A DNA stretch of 62,929 bases, filler included, from an uncultured Chlamydiae bacterium (GTDB lineage Bacteria > Chlamydiota > Chlamydiia > Chlamydiales > SM23-39): assembly GCA_937899275.1 (NCBI GenBank). It is 9 parts of 9 records of this genome, joined end to end, with 100 filler letters (N's around TTAATTAATTAA, not from the genome) between each part and the next. Parts side by side here need not be neighbours in the genome. Positions count along the whole stretch, not along the records: positions 35,997 to 62,929 come from CALBPE010000010.1; 8 more parts are not named here. One strand, 5' to 3'. Each line of letters opens with the position of its first letter. Positions within the stretch are counted from its first letter, which is position 1. The translations under genes and the position numbers were made by a program. Below are positions 47,826 through 57,640 of this stretch, piece by piece. The notes beneath the pieces were generated by a model that saw nothing but the letters and a program-made list of their open reading frames with translations, searched no databases and had not been told where the DNA came from.

Positions 47826-48929
47826 TTAAGAACTTTTCGCTTTTGCTAGCTCATTTCTTGTAACAGCTCCTTGCGATACAGAAAAAAAATGGGCGCTATC
47901 GGATAAAAAAGGTTCTTTTTCAGGTGAGGTAATAAAGATTTGTCCTAAATTGAGCGACTCTTCTAATACCTTTTGTAGCTGCTTTTTTCTTGCGCTATCT
48001 AACCCCATGCCAAAATCGTCGATACAAAAAACTATGGGGTGCCCTACATTTTTTGCGAGTTCTTCTCTTTGCGCAAGGCGCATAGCAAGAACAATAGAGC
48101 ATTTTTGTCCTTGGCTAAAAGATTTGGAGTCAATACCGTTGATTTGACAGATGAAGTCATCTCGATGAGGTCCTTTTAACGTATAGCCTACATGCGCTTC
48201 TTTATGCCTTGATTTATGCAGCATGTGTAGGTATTTTTGCTCGATTTGCTCTGATACGGCAATAGAGGGGGTAAACAGATAGCGGACTTCATCTTCTGCA
48301 GATAGTTTTTGCATATACTGGATAAAGGGTTTTTCCATATTTTCTAGAAATAGCTGCCGTTTTTTTGTGATGTATGCAGCAGATTTTGCCATTTCTCTTT
48401 CCCAAGGATCGATGGCAGCAAAGGCCATTTTTCGAAGAAGGGCATTTCTTTGCTTCATGGCCCGGTTATATCTGAGAAGGTGGTGAACATAAAACGGATC
48501 TTTTTGAGCTAAGTCGATATTTAAAAAGCGCCTTCTTTCATTAGGGGAAGAAAGGAGCTCAATATCTGATGGAACAGAAAAAACGCCGGGTAAAATACCT
48601 AAAATGCGGCTAAACGAAGCATACTGCGTCAGATTGTGTTGAAAGGTGCTTTTTTTTTCTTTTGCATGGTACAAAAAGCGGATGAAATCTTTTGTAGAAT
48701 GGGTATCGATTAACCCTTCAATTAAAAAAGATTCGGTGTTTTTGCGCACAAGATCAAGCATTTGATTGGTGCGAAAAGATTTTGAGGTAGAAAAAAGCGA
48801 TAGAGCCTCTATAACGCTTGACTTACCTTGGGCATTTTTTCCCGTAAGGACATTGAGGCCGGGAGAAAAATGGATCGTCTCAGATGGGTAATTTCTAAAG
48901 TTCTGCAGTCGCAGAGTGCGTAGGTACAC
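47826..48929 (-). CDS. recF: DNA replication/repair protein RecF
   Basis: NFRNY, GKNAQGKS Walker A, QRNALL, GPHRDD, SQGQ, CIDD. Confidence 0.95.
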   Translation of the reverse strand: MYLRTLRLQNFRNYPSETIHFSPGLNVLTGKNAQGKSSVIEALSLFSTSKSFRTNQMLDLVRKNTESFLIEGLIDTHSTKDFIRFLYHAKEKKSTFQHNLTQYASFSRILGILPGVFSVPSDIELLSSPNERRRFLNIDLAQKDPFYVHHLLRYNRAMKQRNALLRKMAFAAIDPWEREMAKSAAYITKKRQLFLENMEKPFIQYMQKLSAEDEVRYLFTPSIAVSEQIEQKYLHMLHKSRHKEAHVGYTLKGPHRDDFICQINGIDSKSFSQGQKCSIVLAMRLAQREELAKNVGHPIVFCIDDFGMGLDSARKKQLQKVLEESLNLGQIFITSPEKEPFLSDSAHFFSVSQGAVTRNELAKAKSS

Positions 48930-50049
48930 GCTCTTTTTCCATATTTTGAGGCTCTTCTAAACGCATGGGCATAATGACAAACTGCCCTTTTGTCGAATCG
49001 GTGATCAGGCCTGGATTAAAGGCATCTTGTATAGAAAATAGGATGCATTCATCTTGAGAGCGCCTTAAGATATCGATAAAATAAAAGGGGTTGAAAGCGA
49101 TTTCTAATGTGCCATTAGAAAAGTCGGCAGGCATACTGACAACGCCTTCTCCGATATTGCTGGCAGAGCCTTTTAAGGTGAGCTCTCCTTTAGCAAAAAT
49201 AAAACGGATAGAATGGCTATGGTCTGAGGTAAATAGCGCGATTTGTTTCAGTAAGGACAAAAGCTCTTCCCTATGTAAAGAGATGTTGTGCTGTGCGCTT
49301 TGTGGAATCACCCGTTTGACATCGGGATACTGTCCAGAAAGTAGTTTTGTCATCAAAACCCCTGAGCCCACTTCGATAGAGGCTTTATCTTCGATGAAAT
49401 GCATATGTACCGTTTCTTCGGGATCATCTAGCACTCTGAGGGTTTCTTCTACAGCTTTTAGGGGTAAAATATAAGTCGCTTGAACAGAGGGATCGATGGT
49501 AATGGTTTCTCCCATCCGAGCAAGGCGTTTTCCATCTGTTCCGGTAAATGTGATCATCCCGTCTGCTATTTCCACAAGAACCCCGTTCAGTACGTACCGG
49601 CTATCTTCTCTTGCAGCGCAGAAAATGGTGCGGTGAAGAAGCTCTTTTAACGAAGAAGCGGGCAGAGAAATTTTATACGAAGAAGAAAAGTCGGGAAGAG
49701 CTGGGAATTCACTGAAATGCATGCCATGAATACGAAAGGCAGCGCTTGCTGCAGTGATTTCGGCAAATTGCCCATTTTCTGAGGTGATTTTTACCTGCGG
49801 TGATCGAATTTCCCGAATCAGCTGAAAAAATCTTCTTGCGGGAAGAGCGATTTTGCCCTCTTCTATAACTGTTGCGGGAGCTGAAAAGCGCATACTTACG
49901 GTAAGATCTGTTGCACTCACTACCAAAGAGCCGGTCTGCGCTTCGATTAAGATATTGGCTAAAACAGGGATAGATGGTTTGGAAGATACCGTATTTTGGA
50001 TTTTTCCAATTAGCTTAACGAGTTCTTCTCGTGGGATCACTACATTCAT
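48895..50049 (-). CDS. dnaN: DNA polymerase III beta clamp
   Basis: PVLANILI, SRYVLNG, TDGKRLA, GQYPDV.RVIP, AFNPFY, VIMPMRL. Confidence 0.96.
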   Translation of the reverse strand: MNVVIPREELVKLIGKIQNTVSSKPSIPVLANILIEAQTGSLVVSATDLTVSMRFSAPATVIEEGKIALPARRFFQLIREIRSPQVKITSENGQFAEITAASAAFRIHGMHFSEFPALPDFSSSYKISLPASSLKELLHRTIFCAAREDSRYVLNGVLVEIADGMITFTGTDGKRLARMGETITIDPSVQATYILPLKAVEETLRVLDDPEETVHMHFIEDKASIEVGSGVLMTKLLSGQYPDVKRVIPQSAQHNISLHREELLSLLKQIALFTSDHSHSIRFIFAKGELTLKGSASNIGEGVVSMPADFSNGTLEIAFNPFYFIDILRRSQDECILFSIQDAFNPGLITDSTKGQFVIMPMRLEEPQNMEKERVPTHSATAEL

Positions 50050-50082
50050 ATGTCAACCTTCGTGTAAAGCGCTTTATTTCTA

Positions 50083-50544
50083 TTACGACTTCATGGCTCT
50101 TTCGATAGACCGCTTATCGGTTTTTTCTTTTTCTTGCTGTCTTTTGTCGTATACTTTTTTTCCTCTGGCTAAACCAATCATGACTTTACAAAGATTGTTG
50201 GTTAGGTGGATTTGTAGAGGAATAAGAGTTAGCTTTTCTTGCGTTTTTTGCTTCAGTTTAAGGATCTCTTTTTTATGCATCAAGAGTTTTCGCGTTCTCT
50301 TTTCTGGGTGATTATGGATATTACCGTGGGAATATTTTTCGATGAGTAAACCAGATAAAAAGACTTCGTTTCCTTTGATGTAGGCGTAGCTATCTTGCAT
50401 TTGCGCTTTTTGTGCGCGCAGAGATTTTACCTCTGTGCCTCGAAGAACAATGCCCGCTTCAAATGTCTCTAATATCGTGTAATCGTGATACGCTTTTTTA
50501 TTTTTGAGTAAAATGCGCTTAGAATTTTTCGGTGGCTGTTTCAT
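50083..50544 (-). CDS. smpB: SsrA-binding protein
   Basis: NKKAYHDY, EAGIVLRGTEVKSLR, RTRKLLMHKKEI, ARGKKVYDKR. Confidence 0.97.
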   Translation of the reverse strand: MKQPPKNSKRILLKNKKAYHDYTILETFEAGIVLRGTEVKSLRAQKAQMQDSYAYIKGNEVFLSGLLIEKYSHGNIHNHPEKRTRKLLMHKKEILKLKQKTQEKLTLIPLQIHLTNNLCKVMIGLARGKKVYDKRQQEKEKTDKRSIERAMKS

Positions 50545-50638
50545 TGTATCTAACGGAAAAGAGGTCCTATTCGATTATTATGAAGGAAATGATCTAAATG
50601 ATACACCAAAAAGCTGTAGAATCTACCGTTCAACTTCT

Positions 50639-52027
50639 CTAGCCAAAAAATGTCTTACCGAAATTGGTTAAAGAAAAGCAAGGTTTGTTATGCAAAATGC
50701 CAGTATGGACAAAGCCGCAGGCAAATAGCCCCTCAAAGATACAAGCTTTAATCGCGGTTACATCTTCTTCAGAATAGCTTGGAAGTAGATAGCGCCACTG
50801 TTTACCCCCTTTTTTTGTAAGAACAACTTTTTGCTCTTCTCGAAAGGCAATCATAGAAGATGCGACAAAAGCATCAAAAAATATCCAATCGTAATCAATA
50901 AAGTATTTTAGCGCTTTTTCCACTTCTCTTTGGTGTTTTTCCTGCCACTTTTCAGGGCTTTTTACCGCAATGCAGTTGAGCGGATGGCGGTATAAATAAA
51001 GCGCCTTTGTTTCAGAATTCATGGAGGTAAATTCTAGGCCGTGCTCTGAGGGGATCAGTACGCCTTCTTGGTTTGATCCCAGCTGTAGCTGAATAATTTT
51101 TTCAAGTACCTGGTTTACATAAACTGTGGAAAATGGGCTTTTTTCCATGTGTACCATCTGCAAGATAGCATCTTCTTGTAAGGCAAAAGGGGAGTTTGCC
51201 GCTTGCAGCAAAAGAGCGTTCATATCCTCTACAAAGGCAAAAGGATTCGGTTTTTCCTGTTGGATACGTTCTTTTTGTTGAATTGGCTCAGGTTTTGTCT
51301 CCTCAATATGGTTGGTAAACGCTTTCCATTCATAAAAAGGGGTTAAAATCTCCTCCCAAAAATCACCTGTTCTTGTGTAACCGAGGGTGCATATAAAATG
51401 AAATTCTAGGTACAGTACATACTCATGGAATTCTTCATGAGATAAACCATATTTTTTCTGGATTTCTTCTGCGTATACCATCCCATTTTCTGCAGAAAAA
51501 ACGTCTTGTATGATGCTAGCAAAAATGGGATCGATACTGCTCATTTCTGCAAGGTGACGTTGGTAGATTTGGGGGGTAGATAAAAATTTATCGAGAATAG
51601 ATTCAAAGATGTTATTTGAGCTGCGAGAAATCGAATACCATACAGGAAGAATATGAATAGGGACTTTTTTGAGTAAGTGCAGTAAAGAGTCCATATCAGG
51701 GCGAAAATTTTCATCGAACTTCACAAGCTGGGTTTCGTAGTATTTCCGTTTTTCTTTATCTACTTGGATTGAAGAATCGGATAATTTGTATAGCTGCAAA
51801 GGAGCGAGTTTTTCCAGTATGCGGTACAACTCTCCATCGGGTAAGTCGGGAAAACTTTTTTCAAGGCGAGATAGCGGAATTTCCAAACGGTTGAATAGAA
51901 TCTCTTCTAAGATCTCGACTTCGACTACGGAGATATTAGCTAGCATGCGCCTGCTTGCAATATCTCCTTGGTAGTCATAGTCTTGTAGTTGTACTTTTTG
52001 TTTTTTTAGAGAGGGAATCGAAGTCAT
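50639..52027 (-). CDS. Conserved hypothetical protein
   Basis: 462-aa ORF with normal composition; no recognised motif. Confidence 0.7.
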   Translation of the reverse strand: MTSIPSLKKQKVQLQDYDYQGDIASRRMLANISVVEVEILEEILFNRLEIPLSRLEKSFPDLPDGELYRILEKLAPLQLYKLSDSSIQVDKEKRKYYETQLVKFDENFRPDMDSLLHLLKKVPIHILPVWYSISRSSNNIFESILDKFLSTPQIYQRHLAEMSSIDPIFASIIQDVFSAENGMVYAEEIQKKYGLSHEEFHEYVLYLEFHFICTLGYTRTGDFWEEILTPFYEWKAFTNHIEETKPEPIQQKERIQQEKPNPFAFVEDMNALLLQAANSPFALQEDAILQMVHMEKSPFSTVYVNQVLEKIIQLQLGSNQEGVLIPSEHGLEFTSMNSETKALYLYRHPLNCIAVKSPEKWQEKHQREVEKALKYFIDYDWIFFDAFVASSMIAFREEQKVVLTKKGGKQWRYLLPSYSEEDVTAIKACIFEGLFACGFVHTGILHNKPCFSLTNFGKTFFG

Positions 52028-52131
52028 GGGATCTTATGAAACGTTTTTTACAAAAAACTTTACCAAAAAAACACGATTGTTGACAAGAAGCTCTCAATAC
52101 TTCTAAAAGAAAAGAAAAAGGGAGAACACCT

Positions 52132-52950
52132 ATGATGAATCGATCTAAACTCATCGGCCTTTGCACTATGGCTAATACCATTGCGCTTGGTTGGCTAGCA
52201 TTAGCTAGTTTTTATGCAAATGAGCAGCCTGCCGTTCTTGAGGCGGAAAAACTGCGACTTACCTCAGAAGATGGTAGCTACTTTATTACCATCGGATGCG
52301 ATGAGGGAGCCCCAAAAATCGTGATGAGTGGACTCGATAGTAAACCTGTCCTTTCGATTACCGGAGGATCACACCCAGAAATCGCTTTTCAAGAAGAGGA
52401 AAAGACCACATGCGCTTTGAAACAAAAAGAAGGGTATGCTGAACTTACTTTAGGTGATTTTGAAAAAGCAGATAAAATCTCTATCCGAGGAGGGGGCGCT
52501 TCTGGTCTTTTCTTGAAAAACACCGAGGATAAAGTGATCGGCACTTGGACACTTTTATCCGATGGAGGCGCCGGGTTTGGCCTTGCAGATCATAGAGGAT
52601 TTGCCGCTTCTATTCTTCGAGGGGGTAAAAATCCGAGCATCTCATTTTTCTCTCCTAATAATGAACCTATGGCCGCTATGGGAATGATCCAACAGGTGCC
52701 GCATCTATTGATTTCTAGTCCAAAGGGAAGTGAAGGGATTTTAATGCATGGAGGCAATCCTGCCAGCATGCTTTTTGTCGATGAGCTGGGCAAAGTGAAG
52801 ATCTTGATTTCAAAAAATGGGGTATTTCAAGGGCCAAATCAAGAGAAAAAAGAGCCCTCTTCCAAAAGATCTTCTGGTGAAAAAGTATTTTCCATGGAAG
52901 ATCAAACAAGGCTTTTTCCAGAAATGCCAGAAAGATCTACAACGTTCTAG
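52132..52950 (+). CDS. Hypothetical exported or membrane-anchored beta-rich protein
   Basis: GGGAG RBS, N-terminal TM, repetitive Gly-rich beta strands. Confidence 0.7.
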   Translation: MMNRSKLIGLCTMANTIALGWLALASFYANEQPAVLEAEKLRLTSEDGSYFITIGCDEGAPKIVMSGLDSKPVLSITGGSHPEIAFQEEEKTTCALKQKEGYAELTLGDFEKADKISIRGGGASGLFLKNTEDKVIGTWTLLSDGGAGFGLADHRGFAASILRGGKNPSISFFSPNNEPMAAMGMIQQVPHLLISSPKGSEGILMHGGNPASMLFVDELGKVKILISKNGVFQGPNQEKKEPSSKRSSGEKVFSMEDQTRLFPEMPERSTTF

Positions 52951-52962
52951 GAAAATTTTTTA

Positions 52963-53003
52963 TGAAAAAGCGGTCTATAATCGCATTTTATGACCGCTTT
53001 TTC
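52963..53003. terminator. Bidirectional terminator between convergent genes
   Basis: GAAAAAGCGGTC...GACCGCTTTTTC inverted repeat. Confidence 0.7.
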
Positions 53004-53007
53004 ACAC

Positions 53008-53274
53008 TTAGCGAAGCTCATTTTCGTGGGTTTTGATCCAAGAAATGATATCATCAGACTCGTATAAAGCTGTTTTTTCTCCTTGATCATTTACCTGGAT
53101 CAGACAGGGAACTTGGGTTTTTCCCCCTACAGCTCTCAACTCTTCCAAGTCATCTGCATTTTTTCCTACATCCTTTTGGATCATCTCCAAATCCATTTCT
53201 TGTAGGACTGCTTGGACTTTTTTACAGTAAGGGCACTGCTTTCTGTGATAAAGCTCTACTTTTGTATTCGACAT
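53008..53274 (-). CDS. Glutaredoxin (GST-N/NrdH-like)
   Basis: CPYC, GGKTQVPCL, LYESDDII; likely start MSNTKVELY at 53274. Confidence 0.88.
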   Translation of the reverse strand: MSNTKVELYHRKQCPYCKKVQAVLQEMDLEMIQKDVGKNADDLEELRAVGGKTQVPCLIQVNDQGEKTALYESDDIISWIKTHENELR

Positions 53275-53578
53275 ATATAGCTCGCAATTTTTTTGATCAT
53301 ATCTTACGCAGGATGTATTTAAGATGCAAATAGCGCAAATAATACAGGTTTTTTTTATCGAGCGGATGGAAAAAACACAGGAAATAACCCAATTTTGGAT
53401 AAAACGACAGACTTTTTTCAAAAAATTTTTCAAACAAAAAAACGGTTCGAGAAATAGGTTTAGGCTTTATTTAATACCATTTTTTACTTTTTAAAACCAA
53501 AAAAAAATCTATCAAATTTGATTTTTTTATTTTAAATAATTTATATTAATAAATGTAAGGTGATGCTTTAGAAAATAC

Positions 53579-53606
53579 TAAACTATACATACCTTCTAAT
53601 CGATCT
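53579..53606 (+). promoter_or_regulatory. Candidate sigma28-type promoter upstream of hctB
   Basis: TAAACTAT-N12-ATCGATCT versus the chlamydial sigma28 consensus TAAAGwwy-N11/12-ryCGAwrn. Confidence 0.35.
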
Positions 53607-53648
53607 TTTAAGAAGATGTTTGATAAGAGGGATAAAATGGAGGAAACC

Positions 53649-54101
53649 ATGCTAAAAAGAAGAAAAAAAGCTTCTACTAGTAGAAAAGCTACGAAAAAAG
53701 CTGTTCGTCGTAAGAGCCCTGCTCGTAAAAAAACAACAGCTACCCGTAAAAAAGCTACTCGTAAAGTAGCAAGAAAAAAAGCGGTAAAAAGAAAATCTAC
53801 TGCTAAAAAAGCGGTGAAAAAAACAGCTCGCAAGAAACCAGCTGCTAAAAAAACAGCTCGCAAAAAAGCGGTAAAAAGAAAGTCTACTGCTAAAAAGGCG
53901 GTAAAAAGAAAGTCTACTGCTAAAAAAGCAGTAAAAAGAAAGTCTACTGCTAAAAAAGCAGTAAAAAAAGCGACTCGTAAAAAAGCAGTAAAAAGAAAAG
54001 CTGCTAAGAAAACGACCCGCAAAAAAGCAGCTAAAAAGTCTCCTTCTACTAAAAGAAGAAAGAAAAAAGCTACTAGCCCAATCGCTTTATTGACAGCGTA
54101 A
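53649..54101 (+). CDS. hctB: Histone H1-like protein Hc2
   Basis: GGAGG RBS; K/A/R/T-rich pentapeptide repeats (KKAVK, RKSTA, KKTAR). Confidence 0.8.
   Translation: MLKRRKKASTSRKATKKAVRRKSPARKKTTATRKKATRKVARKKAVKRKSTAKKAVKKTARKKPAAKKTARKKAVKRKSTAKKAVKRKSTAKKAVKRKSTAKKAVKKATRKKAVKRKAAKKTTRKKAAKKSPSTKRRKKKATSPIALLTA
53862..53951 (+). repeat. 30-bp tandem repeat x3 within hctB (KKAVKRKSTA); a fourth copy at ~53775
   Basis: AAAAA(A/G)GC(G/A)GTAAAAAGAAAGTCTACTGCT units. Confidence 0.9.
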
Positions 54102-54127
54102 AACGCAATTTCCGATGCGTTTCTTGT

Positions 54128-54163
54128 AAATCGAGTAGGAAGGGGTCCTACTCGATTTTTTTA
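54128..54163 (+). terminator. Rho-independent terminator after hctB (probably bidirectional)
   Basis: AAATCGAGTAGGA-AGGGG-TCCTACTCGATTT followed by a T run. Confidence 0.85.
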
Positions 54164-54736
54164 TTCCTTAAAAGGTCCTTCTATAACGATATCAGAAAGG
54201 GGCCTTCTCTCGGTAAACGTCTCTTTTTCTGCAAGTTCTTTGGGAAGATCGTCTTTTTTTCCCGGTTTTCCTATAGCAATCATGATTTCCACAGAAAATA
54301 CATCGGGTATGCAAAGCGCTGTTTTCGCTTTTATATCGTCAAATCCTTGCATGGGATGCACTACAAAACCGTTTTTCACTCCTTGTAGAGCTAAATTTTC
54401 AAATGCAGATCCCGCATCAAAGCTGTGACATCTAGACGGTTTTCCGTTTTTTTCGAAAAGATTTCGTGAAATCAATACAACGAGCGTAGAGGCGTTTTTT
54501 GCCCAAACTTGATTGGCAGGTAGTAGCAAAGAGAAAAATAGATACCAAAGGGGCGTCTCTCTTTGTGCATATAAAAAACGCCAAGGTTGGTTATTGTAAC
54601 TTGAAGGCGCCCATCTCGCGGCTTCAAAAAGCGTCATTAGTTCATCGTTTTTTATTAGCTCTTTTGACATAGCCCTAGATGAATAACGATGTAAAATCAT
54701 CGGATCGATAGGGTAAGTAGGTGTTCTTTGTTTCAT
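54161..54736 (-). CDS. Nitroreductase family protein
   Basis: RYSSRAM, EAARWAPSSYNNQPWRF, FDAGSA, HPMQGFD. Confidence 0.92.
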   Translation of the reverse strand: MKQRTPTYPIDPMILHRYSSRAMSKELIKNDELMTLFEAARWAPSSYNNQPWRFLYAQRETPLWYLFFSLLLPANQVWAKNASTLVVLISRNLFEKNGKPSRCHSFDAGSAFENLALQGVKNGFVVHPMQGFDDIKAKTALCIPDVFSVEIMIAIGKPGKKDDLPKELAEKETFTERRPLSDIVIEGPFKE

Positions 54737-54861
54737 ATGGCGTCTCCTGGAACAAGGCGTTTTTCACCCAACATGAAGAAAGTAGGCGAAAAAAGCAAAA
54801 AAAAGCTAGTTGATAGAAAAAAAACAGCGGCTATGTTATCCGGGATAAAAGGAGCAGGTCT

Positions 54862-55554
54862 ATGCATGCAAAACTCTTTTTACTCTTGATATCTTTGAGT
54901 CTATCGCTATTTTCTCAGGAAAAACCGGTGGATTCTTTACCGGTGGATTTTTTAGAGGGGTATTATCCGATCGATTTTTCGTATGTTGTAGAAAACTCAA
55001 AGTTCCCGAAAAAACTACTGCGTATGCATCTTGCTTTGTATGAAGGGTATGTGAAAAATACGCGCCTTCTTATGCAAGATATCCAGTTAGAAGAAACGGA
55101 TTCCTACACTTACGGCGCTCTTAAAAGAAGGCTAAATTTTGAGCTGAGCGGTATGCGCCTTCATGAATACTTCTTTGCAAATATTGGAGGAAGGGGGGTA
55201 GTTCGAGATTCTCCTTTAATGGATGCGATTATTGAACAGTTTGGCAGCTACAATAAGTGGAAAAAAGCATTTAGAGATACAGCGCTAATCCGGGGGATAG
55301 GATGGTCGATTTTAGCAAAAGATCTTCTGACGGGTAAACTCATGAACGTATGGATTGAAGAGCATAATATGGGCAATCTTATCGATTTAGAGCCCCTGTT
55401 AGTGCTCGATGTTTGGGAACATGCCTACATTACAGAATTTGGCTTAGATAAAAAGTCGTATATCCAAGCATTTTTCAATGATATTGATTGGTCTATTGTG
55501 GAAAAACGGTTCAACGGGTTCGGTAGATCTGATAGATTTGATAGCCCATATTAA
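54862..55554 (+). CDS. sod: Fe/Mn superoxide dismutase with N-terminal signal peptide
   Basis: HLALYEGYV, LHEYFF, DVWEHAY (all four metal ligands present). Confidence 0.9.
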   Translation: MHAKLFLLLISLSLSLFSQEKPVDSLPVDFLEGYYPIDFSYVVENSKFPKKLLRMHLALYEGYVKNTRLLMQDIQLEETDSYTYGALKRRLNFELSGMRLHEYFFANIGGRGVVRDSPLMDAIIEQFGSYNKWKKAFRDTALIRGIGWSILAKDLLTGKLMNVWIEEHNMGNLIDLEPLLVLDVWEHAYITEFGLDKKSYIQAFFNDIDWSIVEKRFNGFGRSDRFDSPY

Positions 55555-55846
55555 AAAGCACAATTACGCTGCATAAGGCCATGGCAGCGGGTGTGAAATC
55601 TCGGCTTTTTTGAAAGCGAAGACAAAACACAATAGCAAGTACACCGGCTGAAAGCGCCCCGAGGTAACATCCCAAAGGCCGGTCGGCTAACATCAGGAAA
55701 GCTGCCAAACAGGTAATGATACCGAAAATCACGCCAGAGTACAAAGACGCTAAGCTGCCTGCTTCTTTATACCCAACGATGCCAAGGGCAAAGACTAGAG
55801 TCGCGTAAAATAATAGAAAAATAGCGGATGGTTTTTGTATTGGCAT
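55511..55846 (-). CDS. TMEM14 family membrane protein
   Basis: GIVGYKEAGSLASLYSG motif, RFQKSRDFTPA, four short TMs. Confidence 0.8.
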   Translation of the reverse strand: MPIQKPSAIFLLFYATLVFALGIVGYKEAGSLASLYSGVIFGIITCLAAFLMLADRPLGCYLGALSAGVLAIVFCLRFQKSRDFTPAAMALCSVIVLFNMGYQIYQIYRTR

Positions 55847-55869
55847 ATAGACTCCTTAGTTGCCTTGGA

Positions 55870-56628
55870 TCATTGAGAAAACCCATCTTTTTTTGCGCGC
55901 ATTTTTTGCAGAACCTGCATTTCTTTTTCTTGAAAGCTTCTTAAAGAGTGTTGGATTTCTGGTACGTTCAACCGGAAAAAAGGATTTGTGCGTTTTTCCT
56001 CTTCTATACTAAAGGGCACTTTTTTTAGCCGTTTTTCGTGCGCTTTTTTCCTAGCTTCAATAGCTGGGTTATTTGGTTCTAAAGAATGGGCAAATGCTAA
56101 ATTTTCGAGGGTATACTCGTGACCTGGATACACCTTGGTTTCTTTTGGAAGGTGCGTGAGTTTTTGTAGAGATAGGTACATATCTTCTAGCAATCCTGAA
56201 TCTTCATGGTCAAACCGGCCTATTCCAGCGCCAAAAAGAGCGTCTCCTGAAAAAAGGCTATTTTTATCGGGCAAAAAAAAGCATAGATGGGACTTTGTAT
56301 GGCCAGAAGTTGCCCATACTTCGATCACGTAGGAGCCGATTTCTAGTATTTCTCCTCCTTTTAACGCCTGATCTACTGGACCATCTTGCAAAGCGTCGAT
56401 AGGGCCTAGGATAAAAGAGCCGTGGCTTTCTGCAATTTCTAAAGCTCCTTCTGTATGATCTTTATGGTGATGGGTCAGTAAAATATGGGAAATCATCAGA
56501 TTGTGATTCGATGTGAATTCTAGTAGGGGAGCTGCTTGTCCTGGATCAATAGCAATAGCTAAACCTTTGTAGGGCAAAAGGTAGCTATAATTATCCTGTA
56601 AAATAGGGATCACTTGCACGCTATTCAT
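55870..56628 (-). CDS. gloB: Hydroxyacylglutathione hydrolase (glyoxalase II)
   Basis: LQDNYSYL, THHHKDH, GHT, FSGDALF, GHEYTLEN, EKRTNPF. Confidence 0.92.
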   Translation of the reverse strand: MNSVQVIPILQDNYSYLLPYKGLAIAIDPGQAAPLLEFTSNHNLMISHILLTHHHKDHTEGALEIAESHGSFILGPIDALQDGPVDQALKGGEILEIGSYVIEVWATSGHTKSHLCFFLPDKNSLFSGDALFGAGIGRFDHEDSGLLEDMYLSLQKLTHLPKETKVYPGHEYTLENLAFAHSLEPNNPAIEARKKAHEKRLKKVPFSIEEEKRTNPFFRLNVPEIQHSLRSFQEKEMQVLQKMRAKKDGFSQ

Positions 56629-56698
56629 ATTCCTTATATGTATTACTGAAATTTTGAGTTTTGGACAACAAAAGATCAAACAAGATATCCTATACCCT

Positions 56699-57640
56699 AT
56701 GAAAACGCAGATACAGCACCATAGCCTTGCCTCCACCCTAGAAAAAGCAAAAAAACTCTTGCAAAAAGACGAGCTCGTTGTGATTCCTACAGAAACGGTG
56801 TATGGACTTGCTGCATTATTTTCTTCTGTAGAAGCGAAAAAAAAAATTTATCAGGTCAAAAAACGCCCTGCAGATAATCCGTTAATCGTCCATGTATCTT
56901 CTGTAGATGCCATCATCAATATGAGCGCACCTTCTAAAGATTTAGCGTATCAGCTAGCTAGATTATCCCCCTTTTTTCCAGGGCCGCTAACGGTGGTAAC
57001 AAAAAAATCTCCTACGATCTCCGATGAGATTTTGCCTTTAAAAACGATTGCTTTTCGTATTCCTAGGCACCGATTTACCCTCCGGCTTTTACACGAGCTA
57101 AATGAGCCTCTTGTTGCCCCTTCAGCAAATGTATCGGGAAGACCTAGTCCCACATGTCCTCTAGATGCCTTAGCTGATTTAAGCGGAAATGTTCCGTTAA
57201 TTGTAGATGGAGGACCTGCTTGTACGGGTATTGAATCTACCGTATTGGATCTAACGCAAAAACCGCAGATTTTACGGCCAGGTCCCGTCACAAAAGAGAT
57301 GTTAAGCTCTTGTCTTGGCGAGACGGTAAAGATCAGCACATCTCCTTCGACTAGATCACCTGGAAATAAGTATGTGCACTATGCACCTAAAGCTGCTGTG
57401 CACCTAATACAGCATCCAAAAGAAATCGAGCGTTTTCCTAAGGAAGATACGTTATTTCTCTCTTTTGAAAGGGAGCTGCCCAGCCACTTTCAGTCATTTG
57501 AGAAAAAAAACCTATATTCCCTTTTTCGAAAAGCCGATACACTGGGAAAAAAATTTATATGTATCTGTAAAACGCCCCTACTAGAACAAGAAGAAGACCT
57601 GATGAATCGCATAGAAAAGGCTTGCCAAAGTGGGAGATAA
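56699..57640 (+). CDS. sua5: L-threonylcarbamoyladenylate synthase (Sua5)
   Basis: PTETVYGL, KKRPADNPLIVH, PGPLT, APSANVSGRPSPT, GIESTV, SPGNKYVHYAP. Confidence 0.95.
   Translation: MKTQIQHHSLASTLEKAKKLLQKDELVVIPTETVYGLAALFSSVEAKKKIYQVKKRPADNPLIVHVSSVDAIINMSAPSKDLAYQLARLSPFFPGPLTVVTKKSPTISDEILPLKTIAFRIPRHRFTLRLLHELNEPLVAPSANVSGRPSPTCPLDALADLSGNVPLIVDGGPACTGIESTVLDLTQKPQILRPGPVTKEMLSSCLGETVKISTSPSTRSPGNKYVHYAPKAAVHLIQHPKEIERFPKEDTLFLSFERELPSHFQSFEKKNLYSLFRKADTLGKKFICICKTPLLEQEEDLMNRIEKACQSGR

Noticed and set aside
53546..54022. Hydrophobic repeat protein on the minus strand
   Set aside because: Antisense shadow of Lys/Ala-rich hctB.
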